Source: Bacteroidaceae bacterium (GTDB taxonomy: Bacteria; Bacteroidota; Bacteroidia; Bacteroidales; Bacteroidaceae). Taken from it: a stretch of 64,000 nt of DNA. The notes under the pieces are model-generated. The model did no database searches and was not told the origin of the DNA. It was given only the letters and a program-made list of their open reading frames with translations. The position numbers and the translations under genes are program-made. Of the stretch, positions 27,173 to 37,600 are shown one piece after another (the first letter of the stretch is position 1; every line of letters starts with the position of its first letter). Location of the stretch: assembly GCA_017381475.1 (NCBI GenBank), contig JAFOCD010000081.1:1792-65791 (forward strand), in the 5' to 3' direction.

Positions 27173-29575
27173 TCAGAGTTTTGCTTCATCAGATGTTGGA
27201 ACCTGCAATGCGAAGAACTTGTTACCACCACGCAACAGGTTACGCACCTCACTGAGCAACTCGTGACTCTCCTGAATGAGGTTCAGGTATACGAAGTCCA
27301 TACGCAAGCTACCATTGCTCTTGTGCAGACGCATTGTCTGCTCCTTGCGCAGGTTGGCAAGCTGATGTTTCAAATTCTTGGCTCTTGATGAAACCTCCTC
27401 GGCATTACTGTAATCACCGGTAGCAATGATCTCATTGATATCCTTAAGTACATTGTACACACCTTGGCAATATGGTGAGAACTCCTCAATATACACTTTA
27501 GAGAGCGGGCTGAAACTATTATCAGCATGTTCCTTCATTGGCTCACCGATACGTGTCAATGTATTCAGCATCTGCTGGCAACTGTTGGTGCAGAGATGAT
27601 ACCATGTACTGCGTTCAAAAGCCACCTGCTGGTCAATGCGCTGCAAGCCACGAGTCTCGGCACGACGCTGTTTCTTCATCTGTGCCTTTTCCTCCACAAT
27701 CTTTATCAAGGTTCCCTTCAATGGGCGCAAAGCATCCTTTGAGAAAGACTCAAACATTGTCTTGTAAGCCTCGGCCGAGAATGACAAAGTATGAGTCAAA
27801 GTCTCAGCAGCGTGTCCCTTAAGATTTTCCCAAACCTCATCCTGATTTTCAGATTTCAGAATGACATTCATCTTCACATCAACCTTCTCGGCAGACTTTT
27901 TCTTATTGTAACGGATATGGCTACGGATAAGCAGATAGATAACTAAAGCAATCATCACATACATTGCAACCACACCACCATAAATAAGCACTGTAGCAAC
28001 CAATGCTGCTATTATGAATGCCGCGCCTGCTGTTATGAACCAACCACCGACAACCGAAACGACACCTGTTACACGATATACAGCACTCTCACGTCCCCAT
28101 GCACGGTCGGCAAGTGAAGAACCCATACCAACCATGAAGGTTACATATGTTGTTGAAAGAGGCAGTTTCAAAGATGTACCCAACGCAATGAGCAAACCGG
28201 CAAGTACAAGGTTAACAGATGCACGCACAAGGTCAAAAGCTACATCCTCGCGCTCCTCGAGCGGAGTAAAACGCTTCGCAATCCAGTTCTTGACACGAAC
28301 AGGAGTTCTGCGTGATACAGAATCGACCATCTTGGTTACCGAACGCACCATATTGCGGGCAAGTGAAGATGTACCGAACATCTCACCCTCCTCGTTCCTT
28401 TGACTTGAAAGGTCTATTGATGTCTGTAACACCTTACGGGCCTTTTTACTGGTAAACAATGCATATACCATTACTGCACCGGCACCAATAAGGAACAGGA
28501 CATTTGTCGGAACTGAGCCATTCAATGAATCCATTGCCATGTTCACATCTCCACCTTCATTGACAAAAGTCAAGAAAGATTCATGACCGGCAAGTGTAAC
28601 TCCAATGAAGTTTACGAGGTCGTTGCCTGCGAAAGCCATCGCTAACGAGAATGTACCCATGAGCACAACCACCTTAAGTACATTGACCTTCATCATATGC
28701 AAAAGTTGCATGACAACTGTAAGTACCACAAATGCACAAAGCAGGAACATTCCGGTATCTTCAAAAATAAAATCCTGTACACTTTCAGGGAGTTGATCTT
28801 TCAAAGAACTGCCCTTCATTCCCTTCACAACCATGAAATAGAGAATAGCTGTTGAAGCGAAACCGCCATAAAGACCAATTTTGCGGCCCAGATGCTTGCG
28901 GTAGTGGAATGTGAATATCAGGCGTGACAACCACTGTACAATAAGACCAAAGACAAAGGCTATTGCTACAGAAAGGAAGATAGAAATAATAATTGTCAAT
29001 GCCTTGTCAGTATTTAATTTATCTCCGATTCCAACAACTACGTCATGGTTGCTTGAGACTACAGCACCAAGAGAGTCGGGTGTTGCGTCAACTAAATATT
29101 GTGAAACAAACGAAGTGGTATCTACCGGTACGACATCCGGTGCAAGCAATGCCGTGATAAACGATGCACCGAGCAATTCAAAGACCATTGACACCGTTGT
29201 TGATGTAGGCAGACCTAGCGAGTTGAATAAATCAAGCAAGAAGACATCACTGATGACTACCGCAAGGTAGATGCACATCACATTCTTGAAATCAAAGTAC
29301 TGCGGGTCAAAGATACCATGCCGGGCAACATCCATCATTCCGCTGCTGAATGCAGCACCAATAAATACACCTATCGCAGCAACAATAAGCACATGCTTGA
29401 TTTTTGCAGCCTTGGAACCTACCGCCGAACTCAAGAAATTCACTGCATCGTTGCTTACACCCACGCTAAGGTCTATAATAGCAAGCGTAAACATGAACGC
29501 AATGACAAAATAGTAAGAGAGTTCCACTGAGCTTAGCCCCGAAACATAATCAACAATGTTGTTAAAAAAGTCCAT
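27173..29575 (-). CDS. Inorganic phosphate transporter, PiT (PHO4) family, with about 250-aa C-terminal soluble helical domain
   Basis: 800 aa. Two PHO4-type repeats are seen (GVSNDAVNFLSSAVGS and FAGNDLVNFIGV) with many TM helices. The hydrophilic C-terminal third begins around KKKSAEKVD. Confidence 0.8.
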   Translation of the reverse strand: MDFFNNIVDYVSGLSSVELSYYFVIAFMFTLAIIDLSVGVSNDAVNFLSSAVGSKAAKIKHVLIVAAIGVFIGAAFSSGMMDVARHGIFDPQYFDFKNVMCIYLAVVISDVFLLDLFNSLGLPTSTTVSMVFELLGASFITALLAPDVVPVDTTSFVSQYLVDATPDSLGAVVSSNHDVVVGIGDKLNTDKALTIIISIFLSVAIAFVFGLIVQWLSRLIFTFHYRKHLGRKIGLYGGFASTAILYFMVVKGMKGSSLKDQLPESVQDFIFEDTGMFLLCAFVVLTVVMQLLHMMKVNVLKVVVLMGTFSLAMAFAGNDLVNFIGVTLAGHESFLTFVNEGGDVNMAMDSLNGSVPTNVLFLIGAGAVMVYALFTSKKARKVLQTSIDLSSQRNEEGEMFGTSSLARNMVRSVTKMVDSVSRRTPVRVKNWIAKRFTPLEEREDVAFDLVRASVNLVLAGLLIALGTSLKLPLSTTYVTFMVGMGSSLADRAWGRESAVYRVTGVVSVVGGWFITAGAAFIIAALVATVLIYGGVVAMYVMIALVIYLLIRSHIRYNKKKSAEKVDVKMNVILKSENQDEVWENLKGHAAETLTHTLSFSAEAYKTMFESFSKDALRPLKGTLIKIVEEKAQMKKQRRAETRGLQRIDQQVAFERSTWYHLCTNSCQQMLNTLTRIGEPMKEHADNSFSPLSKVYIEEFSPYCQGVYNVLKDINEIIATGDYSNAEEVSSRAKNLKHQLANLRKEQTMRLHKSNGSLRMDFVYLNLIQESHELLSEVRNLLRGGNKFFALQVPTSDEAKL

Positions 29576-29651
29576 ATATTATAAAATAATGTTTTTCACA
29601 ATATCAGCGGTCTTTAACCGGTACAAAATTTGCACTTTACAATTACACCCC

Positions 29652-29684
29652 CGTTACGGGAATGTTACAAAATTGTTACAAACG
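29652..29684 (-). promoter_or_regulatory. Pho-box-like operator: three 7-bp direct repeats phased at 11 bp upstream of the PiT gene
   Basis: The plus strand reads CGTTACG-ggaa-TGTTACA-aaat-TGTTACA-aacg. GTTAC occurs at 29653, 29664 and 29675. The site lies 77-109 nt upstream of the PiT ATG (29575). A further TATCTCA-aaat-TGTTACA-aacg copy lies at 29744-29765. Confidence 0.5.
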
Positions 29685-29900
29685 AGCGAGATATATAAAA
29701 CTTGTTTTAATATTTCACAGCGAGTGCAGTACAATTTCGAGCCTATCTCAAAATTGTTACAAACGCCTGAGAATTCAAGTTTGCCTCAAACATGCTACAA
29801 AAATATTGATTATTTTCATAAAACAAAATAATCGGGGTAAAAAATCGGATTCAGGCAACCTGCCACACGAATCAGATACCACTATTATATGATACAAAAA

Positions 29901-29925
29901 GCCCCGGTTTCCGTAGGAACCGGGG
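29901..29925 (-). terminator. Hairpin terminator downstream of the porin-like gene
   Basis: gccccggtt-tccgtagg-aaccggggc forms a 9-bp GC-rich stem. An A-run on the plus strand gives a U-run on the minus-strand transcript. Confidence 0.75.
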
Positions 29926-29953
29926 CGTACGAACCAACTGCATTATTGCCGGA

Positions 29954-31237
29954 TCAGAAATCATACCTTGCCGAAAGGTTTATTCTGTTGGCGTTGTAGG
30001 TCTTGTCATTGAAATCCATTCTCCAACCATGCAGGTACTCGATACCAAGTTGCATATTGTCGGTGACATTGTAGAAGAAGTTAGCTGCGACATACTGTCC
30101 CTTACGGTAAGCACCGGGATTCGCCTCGGCATAGCCCTTGCGTGAGTGAAGCACTGTCTGGCTATAGGTAGCAGATGCAAAGAAGCGCTTGCTGAAATTG
30201 TACTGCACGCCGGCATACCACACTTCACTCGTGAGCATCATGGCATTTCCGGGTTCTGTAGGGTCGGCAACCACATCCACACCGACATTTGAGATATTAT
30301 TCACGAGTGAACCGATACCCTCACCTACTGTAAACTGGCCACGGAGCTGCACCGGGCCCATTGTTGCAAGCATACTTGCCTGAGCACCCCAACCTACCCT
30401 GTCGCTATGAGCACCGGTTATCTTATTGGTATATGAGATATCGCGCATGATTGCACCAAGACGTATATGGTTCCAAGGATTGTTGTAGAGACTGTACTGC
30501 ACGAAAACCGGTATATCAGGTACTCGTTGGGCACCAACCGAGAAAGTCTCGTTGTCTGCAACATTTACATTAGGCGCTTCAAGACTTATACCCATTGACA
30601 AACCAAAGTCAAAACCATACTTGAGCATAACCTGAGTGGTACGATAGAATGTCATACCGCAAGGACCGCCATAGTCAATGGTCACCGGAATTGCCATGAG
30701 ATCCATGAATGAACCCACAGAATAACCTATTTTAAGATACTTGGTGCTCATGTAGGCATTCTGCAACTGGAGTCCAAGACCACTTCCGCGCCAATTAGCC
30801 GATGTAAACACCTCGAAATCGCCAAGTAAGCGACTTGTTCCCACAAGTTTGAGGAAAAGCGTAGAGTTGGTCATGTCCATGCGGAACTGGCTTGACGGTG
30901 CACCGCCACGCTGTATTGCCGATGGCAAGAAGTCCACATTATCGACCGACTTGTCAAAGTCATACTCAATCTTTGTCTGAACGTAACCACCTATACCCAA
31001 CGCCCATTTTCCTTTTTGATCAACAAGAATAAAACGCGGGGCACGGGGATCATGATGATATGGGCTCTGTGTACTCTGGAAAATCTCCACCACATCAGGT
31101 GCCTCATTGATAGTTTCGCTGATGCATATCACAGGAGTTGCATCATCGGTAATCTCCACCCAGCTTTGAGCGCTTGCAGACACCGCTGTCATAAGCCCGA
31201 AGGCCGACAACAAAATAAATTTAGAAATCCTTTTCAT
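29954..31237 (-). CDS. Outer-membrane beta-barrel porin-like protein (possibly phosphate-selective porin family)
   Basis: 427 aa with a signal peptide (MKRISKFILLSAFGLMTAVSASAQ), alternating beta-strand-like sequence, and a C-terminal ...NLSARYDF (terminal Phe). The phosphate link comes only from the neighbouring PiT gene. Confidence 0.55.
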   Translation of the reverse strand: MKRISKFILLSAFGLMTAVSASAQSWVEITDDATPVICISETINEAPDVVEIFQSTQSPYHHDPRAPRFILVDQKGKWALGIGGYVQTKIEYDFDKSVDNVDFLPSAIQRGGAPSSQFRMDMTNSTLFLKLVGTSRLLGDFEVFTSANWRGSGLGLQLQNAYMSTKYLKIGYSVGSFMDLMAIPVTIDYGGPCGMTFYRTTQVMLKYGFDFGLSMGISLEAPNVNVADNETFSVGAQRVPDIPVFVQYSLYNNPWNHIRLGAIMRDISYTNKITGAHSDRVGWGAQASMLATMGPVQLRGQFTVGEGIGSLVNNISNVGVDVVADPTEPGNAMMLTSEVWYAGVQYNFSKRFFASATYSQTVLHSRKGYAEANPGAYRKGQYVAANFFYNVTDNMQLGIEYLHGWRMDFNDKTYNANRINLSARYDF

Positions 31238-31408
31238 AATTTTTCATTTTTAATATGAATACAGTGATAAAAACAACAGCATTGTTTTTTTGTTTGTTTT
31301 TAGGCCGATAAAACAACTGGAACTGCATTTTTTTGGAAGAAAGAGGATGAGTTTATAAAACTTATTGTTTTCTTTGCACAATATCACTATTGACAACAAA
31401 ACGCACTC

Positions 31409-32320
31409 ATGAAGGACAACGGCAAGGAGAGGGAGAAGGTAGCGTGCTCCAAGTACCTGCAAGTTACACCACGAGACATCTCGTGGGGGCTTGCCATAAC
31501 CACCATCGGTTTTCAGCACACCCACCCAGGCGACCCCTATCCCCTTACTGCACAGCCGGACGGTTACAATTTCAATAGTTATGGAAGGCGCACACTGAAT
31601 GAATACCAGTTGGTTTATATCACCCGCGGCAAAGGATATTTCGAAAGTGCATCATGCTCAAGGACAAGAATTGAAGCCGGCATGATGTTCATGCTATTCC
31701 CTGGCGAATGGCACACATTCGCGCCCGACCCCGAAACCGGTTGGGATGACCATTGGGTTGGATTCAACGGCGGCTTCATAGATGACAAAATCAAGTCTGG
31801 ATTCTTCACATTCAAGAACTGCGTGTTCAGGGTTGGAGTGGATGAAAGACTTACAAATACATTCCACGAGATTTTTGACTTGGTTTCGGACGAGAAAAAG
31901 GGGTTCCAGCAAGTGGCATCGAGCCTTGCAATATCACTTATAGGGCGACTACATTTCGAAGACCTGAACCATGCATATGGCGAAACATACATGACACGCA
32001 TTATAAACCAGGCAAAGGCAATAATGCAGGAGGACATGGCTGGTAGCCATCCACTTGAGGAGATTGCGGACTCACTTGGAATCAGTTACTCGTTCTTCCG
32101 CCGTGAGTTCAAGAGGAGATGCAGCATTTCACCAGGACAATACCGTCTGGAACTGAAACTCGCAAAAGCAAAGGAACTGCTTGAAAACACGAATATAAGC
32201 ATCGCCGAAATTTCATCAAGACTACATTTCGAATGTATTGGCCAATTCTCGACATTCTTCAAGAAGAAAACAGGTATTCCACCGCTCGAATACCGCAAGC
32301 GAGGTCTTAAAAAAGACTAA
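31409..32320 (+). CDS. AraC-family transcriptional regulator (cupin-like N-domain plus HTH)
   Basis: 303 aa. The C-terminal SLGISYSFFRREFKRRCSISPGQYRLELKLAKAKELLENTNISIAEISSRLHFECIGQFSTFFKKKTGIPPLEYRK is a classic AraC double HTH. Confidence 0.85.
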   Translation: MKDNGKEREKVACSKYLQVTPRDISWGLAITTIGFQHTHPGDPYPLTAQPDGYNFNSYGRRTLNEYQLVYITRGKGYFESASCSRTRIEAGMMFMLFPGEWHTFAPDPETGWDDHWVGFNGGFIDDKIKSGFFTFKNCVFRVGVDERLTNTFHEIFDLVSDEKKGFQQVASSLAISLIGRLHFEDLNHAYGETYMTRIINQAKAIMQEDMAGSHPLEEIADSLGISYSFFRREFKRRCSISPGQYRLELKLAKAKELLENTNISIAEISSRLHFECIGQFSTFFKKKTGIPPLEYRKRGLKKD

Positions 32321-32445
32321 TTCATATTAACTTTCACTAACCATGCCAGGAAATATTTGTTTTATAGCAGAATATTTCCCAACTTGCGGTATGCCGTCAC
32401 TGACAGGCGAATCGTTTATTGTTTTAACCATTAGATAGAACCGAT

Positions 32446-33159
32446 ATGAAGAAGACCATGACAATTGTATTTGCAACAATTATGCTATTTCTTGCTATGC
32501 CAACAAAGAGCACCGCCCAAACAGACACACAATCCTACATTGACATCAGCGCAACAGTCAAGCGTGAGGTAACGCCTGATGAGCTCTACCTGCAGATAAA
32601 CATAAACGAAAAGGACTACAAAGGCAAGAAGACACTTGAAGAGATGCAAGAAGCCATGATTGGTGCATTGAAAATAAATCGTATAGACATTCCAGAATGC
32701 TTGACACTAAGCTACATGGGCAGCGAGATAAGCTATAAGGCTTTCTCCAAGAACATGATAGCCAAGACCGAGGCAACATATCTGCTGAAACTAAATGATG
32801 CTACGACAATGCAGAACGTGATTGCGTCACTTGAAGAGCGTCAAATCTCGGACATAGAGCTGGTACAGACAAAATACACCGGCGAAAAGGAACTTAAAGC
32901 TGAGATGGGCGTGGAAGCCATGCAACAGGCCAAAGCCGAAGCACAGATACTAGCCGGAGCAATTGAGCAAGAGATTGGGAAAGCCATAAATATAAGCTAC
33001 TGGATGAGCAGCGGAGAATCACAGCCTAGATTATACAAGTCACAAGCACGTAGCATGACAGAAGAAGCCATTGCCGACAATTCAGTCATGCAACCTGTCA
33101 TAAGCATCGGAAAGAACACATATCGTTTTACGGTAAATGTACGCTTCGAGTTAAAATAG
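32446..33159 (+). CDS. SIMPL (DUF541) domain periplasmic protein
   Basis: 237 aa with a signal peptide. The segments YIDISATVKREVTPDELYLQI... and ...KAEAQILAGAIEQEIGKAINIS follow the SIMPL pattern. Confidence 0.7.
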   Translation: MKKTMTIVFATIMLFLAMPTKSTAQTDTQSYIDISATVKREVTPDELYLQININEKDYKGKKTLEEMQEAMIGALKINRIDIPECLTLSYMGSEISYKAFSKNMIAKTEATYLLKLNDATTMQNVIASLEERQISDIELVQTKYTGEKELKAEMGVEAMQQAKAEAQILAGAIEQEIGKAINISYWMSSGESQPRLYKSQARSMTEEAIADNSVMQPVISIGKNTYRFTVNVRFELK

Positions 33160-33195
33160 GCAGTTTATTACAACCACTCTGAGAACAAAATAACA

Positions 33196-33227
33196 ATATG
33201 CGGCGTTTCACAAAAAACGCCGCATAT
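33196..33227 (+). other. 12-bp-stem hairpin ending 1 nt before the DoxX start codon
   Basis: atatgcggcgtt-tcacaaaa-aacgccgcatat is followed by t then ATG (33229). There is no clear U-tract, so it is not a canonical terminator. Confidence 0.7.
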
Positions 33228-33228
33228 T

Positions 33229-33672
33229 ATGTATAAAGAAAAAATCCTCAAATTTCTGTTTCACGAACCAGAAGCGTCAGCAACAAAATCAATTATCATA
33301 CTCTTGGCGCGCATCATTTTCGGTTTTCTGTTCCTTAATCATGGTATAGCCAAATGGCATACTTTCATTGATTCTAGCGATATGTTTCCTGACCCAATAG
33401 GAGTGGGAGCTACGCTCTCAATGTGGTTGGTACTGTTTGCCGAAATTATCTGTTCGCTTGGTTTTATGATTGGTGCATTGTTCCGTCTATGCCTTGTTCC
33501 AATGATATTCACTATGTGCGTTGCATTCTTTATTATACATGCAGGTGACCCATTGACAGTCAAAGAGCCATCATTGATGTACCTTACAATTTTTGTACTG
33601 CTCTACATCACAGGTCCAGGCAAATACTCCATTGACAGAATACTCAAAAGCATTTACCTTGATACAAAATGA
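33229..33672 (+). CDS. DoxX-family membrane protein
   Basis: 147 aa with four TM helices. LLARIIFGFLFLNHGIAKW is typical of DoxX. Confidence 0.75.
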   Translation: MYKEKILKFLFHEPEASATKSIIILLARIIFGFLFLNHGIAKWHTFIDSSDMFPDPIGVGATLSMWLVLFAEIICSLGFMIGALFRLCLVPMIFTMCVAFFIIHAGDPLTVKEPSLMYLTIFVLLYITGPGKYSIDRILKSIYLDTK

Positions 33673-33719
33673 GGATATTGGAGACAATCGTAACGACCAA
33701 AGAGCCTTCTTACTCAACC

Positions 33720-34676
33720 TCATTCAAGCCCTTCGAGAATTCTCTTCAATACCACCGTAGCCGATATCTCACGGTTTGCAGCCTCGGGAATAACCAATGA
33801 GCGCTCGCTTTCAATGACATCGTCGGTAACAATCATGTTGCGCCTTACTGGAAGGCAATGCATGAAATAGGCATTGTTGGTAACAGCCATCTGGCGCTCG
33901 CTTACAGTCCAGTCACGATCAGTAGAGAGCACCTTGCCATAGTTCTCGCCGATATATGCAGCCCAATTCTTGGCATAAACGAAATCAGCACCCTCGAACG
34001 CCTTCATCTGGTCATATTCCACACGGGCATTGCCAACGAAAGCGGGGTCTAGTTCATATCCTTTTGGATGAGTAATGACAAAATCATAATCGGCAGCATT
34101 CATCCACTCGGCAAAAGAATTGGGGACAGCCTGTGGAAGAGCCTTTGGATGTGGAGCCCAAGTAAGTACAACCTTGGGACGTGGCTTTGTCTTGTGTTCC
34201 TCAATTGTTATCAAATCGGCAAAGCTCTGCAATGGATGGCGTGTAGCAGCTTCCATTGAAAATACAGGGCGACCTGAATACTTTATGAACTGATTGAGTA
34301 TAACCTCGTTATAGTCATCATCTTTATTCTCAAAACGCGCAAACGAACGAACGCCGATAACATCGCAGTAGCTTCCCATAACAGGTATCGCCTCAAGGAT
34401 ATGTTCAGGTTTGTCGCCGTCCATAATAACACCGCGTTCTGTTTCCAATTTCCAGGCACCCTGGTTGATGTCAAGCACAATCACATTCATACCAAGGTTC
34501 AATGCTGCCTTTTGGGTACTGAGCCTTGTACGGAGACTTGAATTGAAGAACACCATCATCAAAGTCTTGTTCTTACCCAACTCGCAATATTTATAACGGT
34601 CGGCCTTTATCTCAAAAGCCTCATCAAGCGCCTTCTTAAGATCACTGATGTCATTTACCGATGTAAAATTTCTCAT
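33720..34676 (-). CDS. argF': N-succinyl-L-ornithine carbamoyltransferase (Bacteroides argF' type)
   Basis: 318 aa. It is nearly collinear with my recollection of the B. fragilis ArgF' sequence (FFNSSLRTRLSTQKAALNLGMNVIVLDINQGAWKLETERGVIMDGDKPEH..., HCLPVRRNMIVTDDVIES...). Confidence 0.9.
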   Translation of the reverse strand: MRNFTSVNDISDLKKALDEAFEIKADRYKYCELGKNKTLMMVFFNSSLRTRLSTQKAALNLGMNVIVLDINQGAWKLETERGVIMDGDKPEHILEAIPVMGSYCDVIGVRSFARFENKDDDYNEVILNQFIKYSGRPVFSMEAATRHPLQSFADLITIEEHKTKPRPKVVLTWAPHPKALPQAVPNSFAEWMNAADYDFVITHPKGYELDPAFVGNARVEYDQMKAFEGADFVYAKNWAAYIGENYGKVLSTDRDWTVSERQMAVTNNAYFMHCLPVRRNMIVTDDVIESERSLVIPEAANREISATVVLKRILEGLE

Positions 34677-34693
34677 ATATAATAAGGTATAAG

Positions 34694-37600
34694 TTATTTT
34701 ATTTCGACGATATCCTTCATTTGGATACTATCGATGGCCTCGGTCTGTTGAATCTGCTCCTCCACGGTCTGCTTCTTTATCCTACTCCTCCTAAGTTTTC
34801 TCTTCTTTGTCTTGTCATTTTTATTGCCCCACCATTTCCAACTGTCAAATTCAAAAAGGATATTCGTTCCCACACCCTGAGTTGTCAGGTCGGTCTTGCT
34901 GAAATAACGGTCATTGGTCTTGCTGTATGCCTTGATACTCCAGTTGTATTTTGGACTCAAGAGCCACTGCAGCTCAAAGTCACCAATAAAGTTACGGTTT
35001 GCAATAGGATTCTCGCGATAGCCAAGGTTTCCATTTATCTGTAAACGATTATTCAGCAGGCGACCACGAAGCATACCCTCTACCTCCATACTGTTCCAAC
35101 CTCGCTCGCTGGTTGAGATATTACCGGATATATCCCAATTACCATTGTTGATAATCTTTCCAAGCATATTGTTCAACTGGCTTGAGATTGTGTTTGATAT
35201 AAGTGATTCAACCGCTGTCGAAGTATTTACATCACCGGCCTGCGCACTGTTTGTATCAAATGTATAGAATTTACCAACTCCAAGCAGATACACGAACTGC
35301 ATGTTCTTCTGGTCCGGGGTACTTGCAATGCTAGCCAATAACTCACGCTCCTCTTCACTACCCTCAGGCAATTCAAGGTCAAATGCAAGATCCGGCGCAG
35401 CAAGACTTCCTGTAATGTTCATTATACAGTTAACCTTCACGGTCTTTCGCTTTGCAATTTCGGTAGTAAGGTCACTGAGCGAAGCCGACGGTACAAGATA
35501 CTTTGTCTTCAGGTTGAGTTGTGCCTTATATGGATCACCATCGAATGCAAGCGTGCTTCCCTTAATTATATCGAACACCTTTGGGAAAATATCCTGGATC
35601 GTAAACTTATATGTTCCACGCGCCAGATCCAGATGTCCCTTCATACTGAAACCGGTCTTGTCATTAAAGACCGCATTAATTGGACCGGTTCCGTATAGAC
35701 TGATATAGTCATCGGTCTGCAAGTTTGTATATACCTTAAGCTCCAAATTCTCATTTACATCGAGCATAAAGTCGAGTGTAAGTTTGCTTGCAGTTGTACT
35801 ATACACCTTCTTTGCATCTACCTCACTCTTTGCAGAATCTGTATTTTTCTTATTTTTATTGTTATCAGTAAAGGTCACGAAACTATTGTCACGCGCTCCG
35901 CTGGTTTCGTTTGAGTTATATACGAAATGCGAATGAGGCTCACTTTTTATCTTTGCTTTCAGCAATAAACCTGTACTATCACTCTTTATTATTGCATCAC
36001 CAGTGCCGAACACCGAGCCATAGAAAGGCAACGACCCAAAATTATCAGTGTCGTACACAAGCATTTCGTTTGACTTGAGATTGAACAGACAAGTCCATTT
36101 TGCAAGATGTCTATGTTTAATATTGCCGGAAATCGTACCCATGTTACCGTAACGGTCATATAGTCTTGCATTATTGAAAGACATTACTCCCTTAGAGAAC
36201 TTGATAGAATCACCGGTAAAATAGTATTTCACATTTGTTGCCTTGACCTTTGCTGCACAATAAAGAGCCAAAGCACCATCCAAATCCACCGCACGCCAGC
36301 TACCATTTATATGTACATTACCGCTACATGCACCTTCTGTCTCACACAAGAATGACTTTAATTTACTGTCAATAAAGGCAGCGTTCAGGTTATTGGCATT
36401 TATCTTAAGGGTTATGGTATCATTAACCTGCGATATGAATCCTTTTACTGTAGACAAGTCATTCTCGTGGTTATATACGCCTGCGTCAAGGTACATACTC
36501 TTGCTATCGTTGTCCCATCCAATGCGCATGTCACTCTTGCCCAAATCAGCTCCATCAATACAGAAATCATTGACAAGCAAGTGACCGTCCGCATTCAGAT
36601 CTGACAGAATTCCTGTCACATATGCCCTACCTGTTGCCTTTCCATCGAAACGAAGAATCTTGAAGTTGATAAAATCAAAGACTGTAGCAACATCTACATC
36701 CTTAAGATATACATTCAGGCTGTCTGTTACCCCCTTTCCAATAACACCGGCAATCTTCAGGCTCTGGTTCTCACTATGAAGTCCGACATTTTCAACCAAC
36801 AGTTTACTGATTTTACCAGCTATTGTACCCTCATCAATGTGCCAGACACTATTCTTATGAATGATACTGTCGTTGCGTATCATTGCATCAAGATAAACAT
36901 CTCCATCAGAATCACGACTGAATGTGGCATCCATACGAAGGATACCGGTATCAACATTGTCTTGCTTGAAATTATTCCAGTTTACGACTCCGTTTATGTC
37001 ATTATCCTTAATATTGGCATTGAATCTTACAACAACATCTTCACTAATATCATTATAATCGAAATTCTTGATATTTCTGACAAACGGTTTCTGTACCTGG
37101 GCATTCAACTCCAATCCATTGGCTGTCGAATTACCCTTTACATTTATTTGCCTAATGAATGTCTTGCCGACCTCTATTCTATTGACAGAGCCATCTATCG
37201 TATACAAATTGTTGCTGTCATTGAATGTACCGGTTATCCTTGACGGCTCATGCACTGTCACAGGCAATCCCAAAATATGGGTCAATGGATTGCTATTGGT
37301 AATTGCAATATCATAATAGAACTCATTTTGGGGAGCCGACTTTGCCTTTCTAGATCCAAATTCAAACACAGGCAAATGCTGTTTCATCGACTTTGTCAAG
37401 CCTGATACAATTGTTGGAAAATCAAACCTTCCGTATATACTCACCTTGGCAAAATCGGAATTAACAACAAACATTCGGTCCTCACCAGCCCTATTGTCAC
37501 TAACATAGAAATTGCGTACAAGAATTGAGTCTTCATTATCCACAACATAGAAGTTGTCGAATTTGGCATTAAGAATTGTTTTGCCGGAACCGTAATCAAA

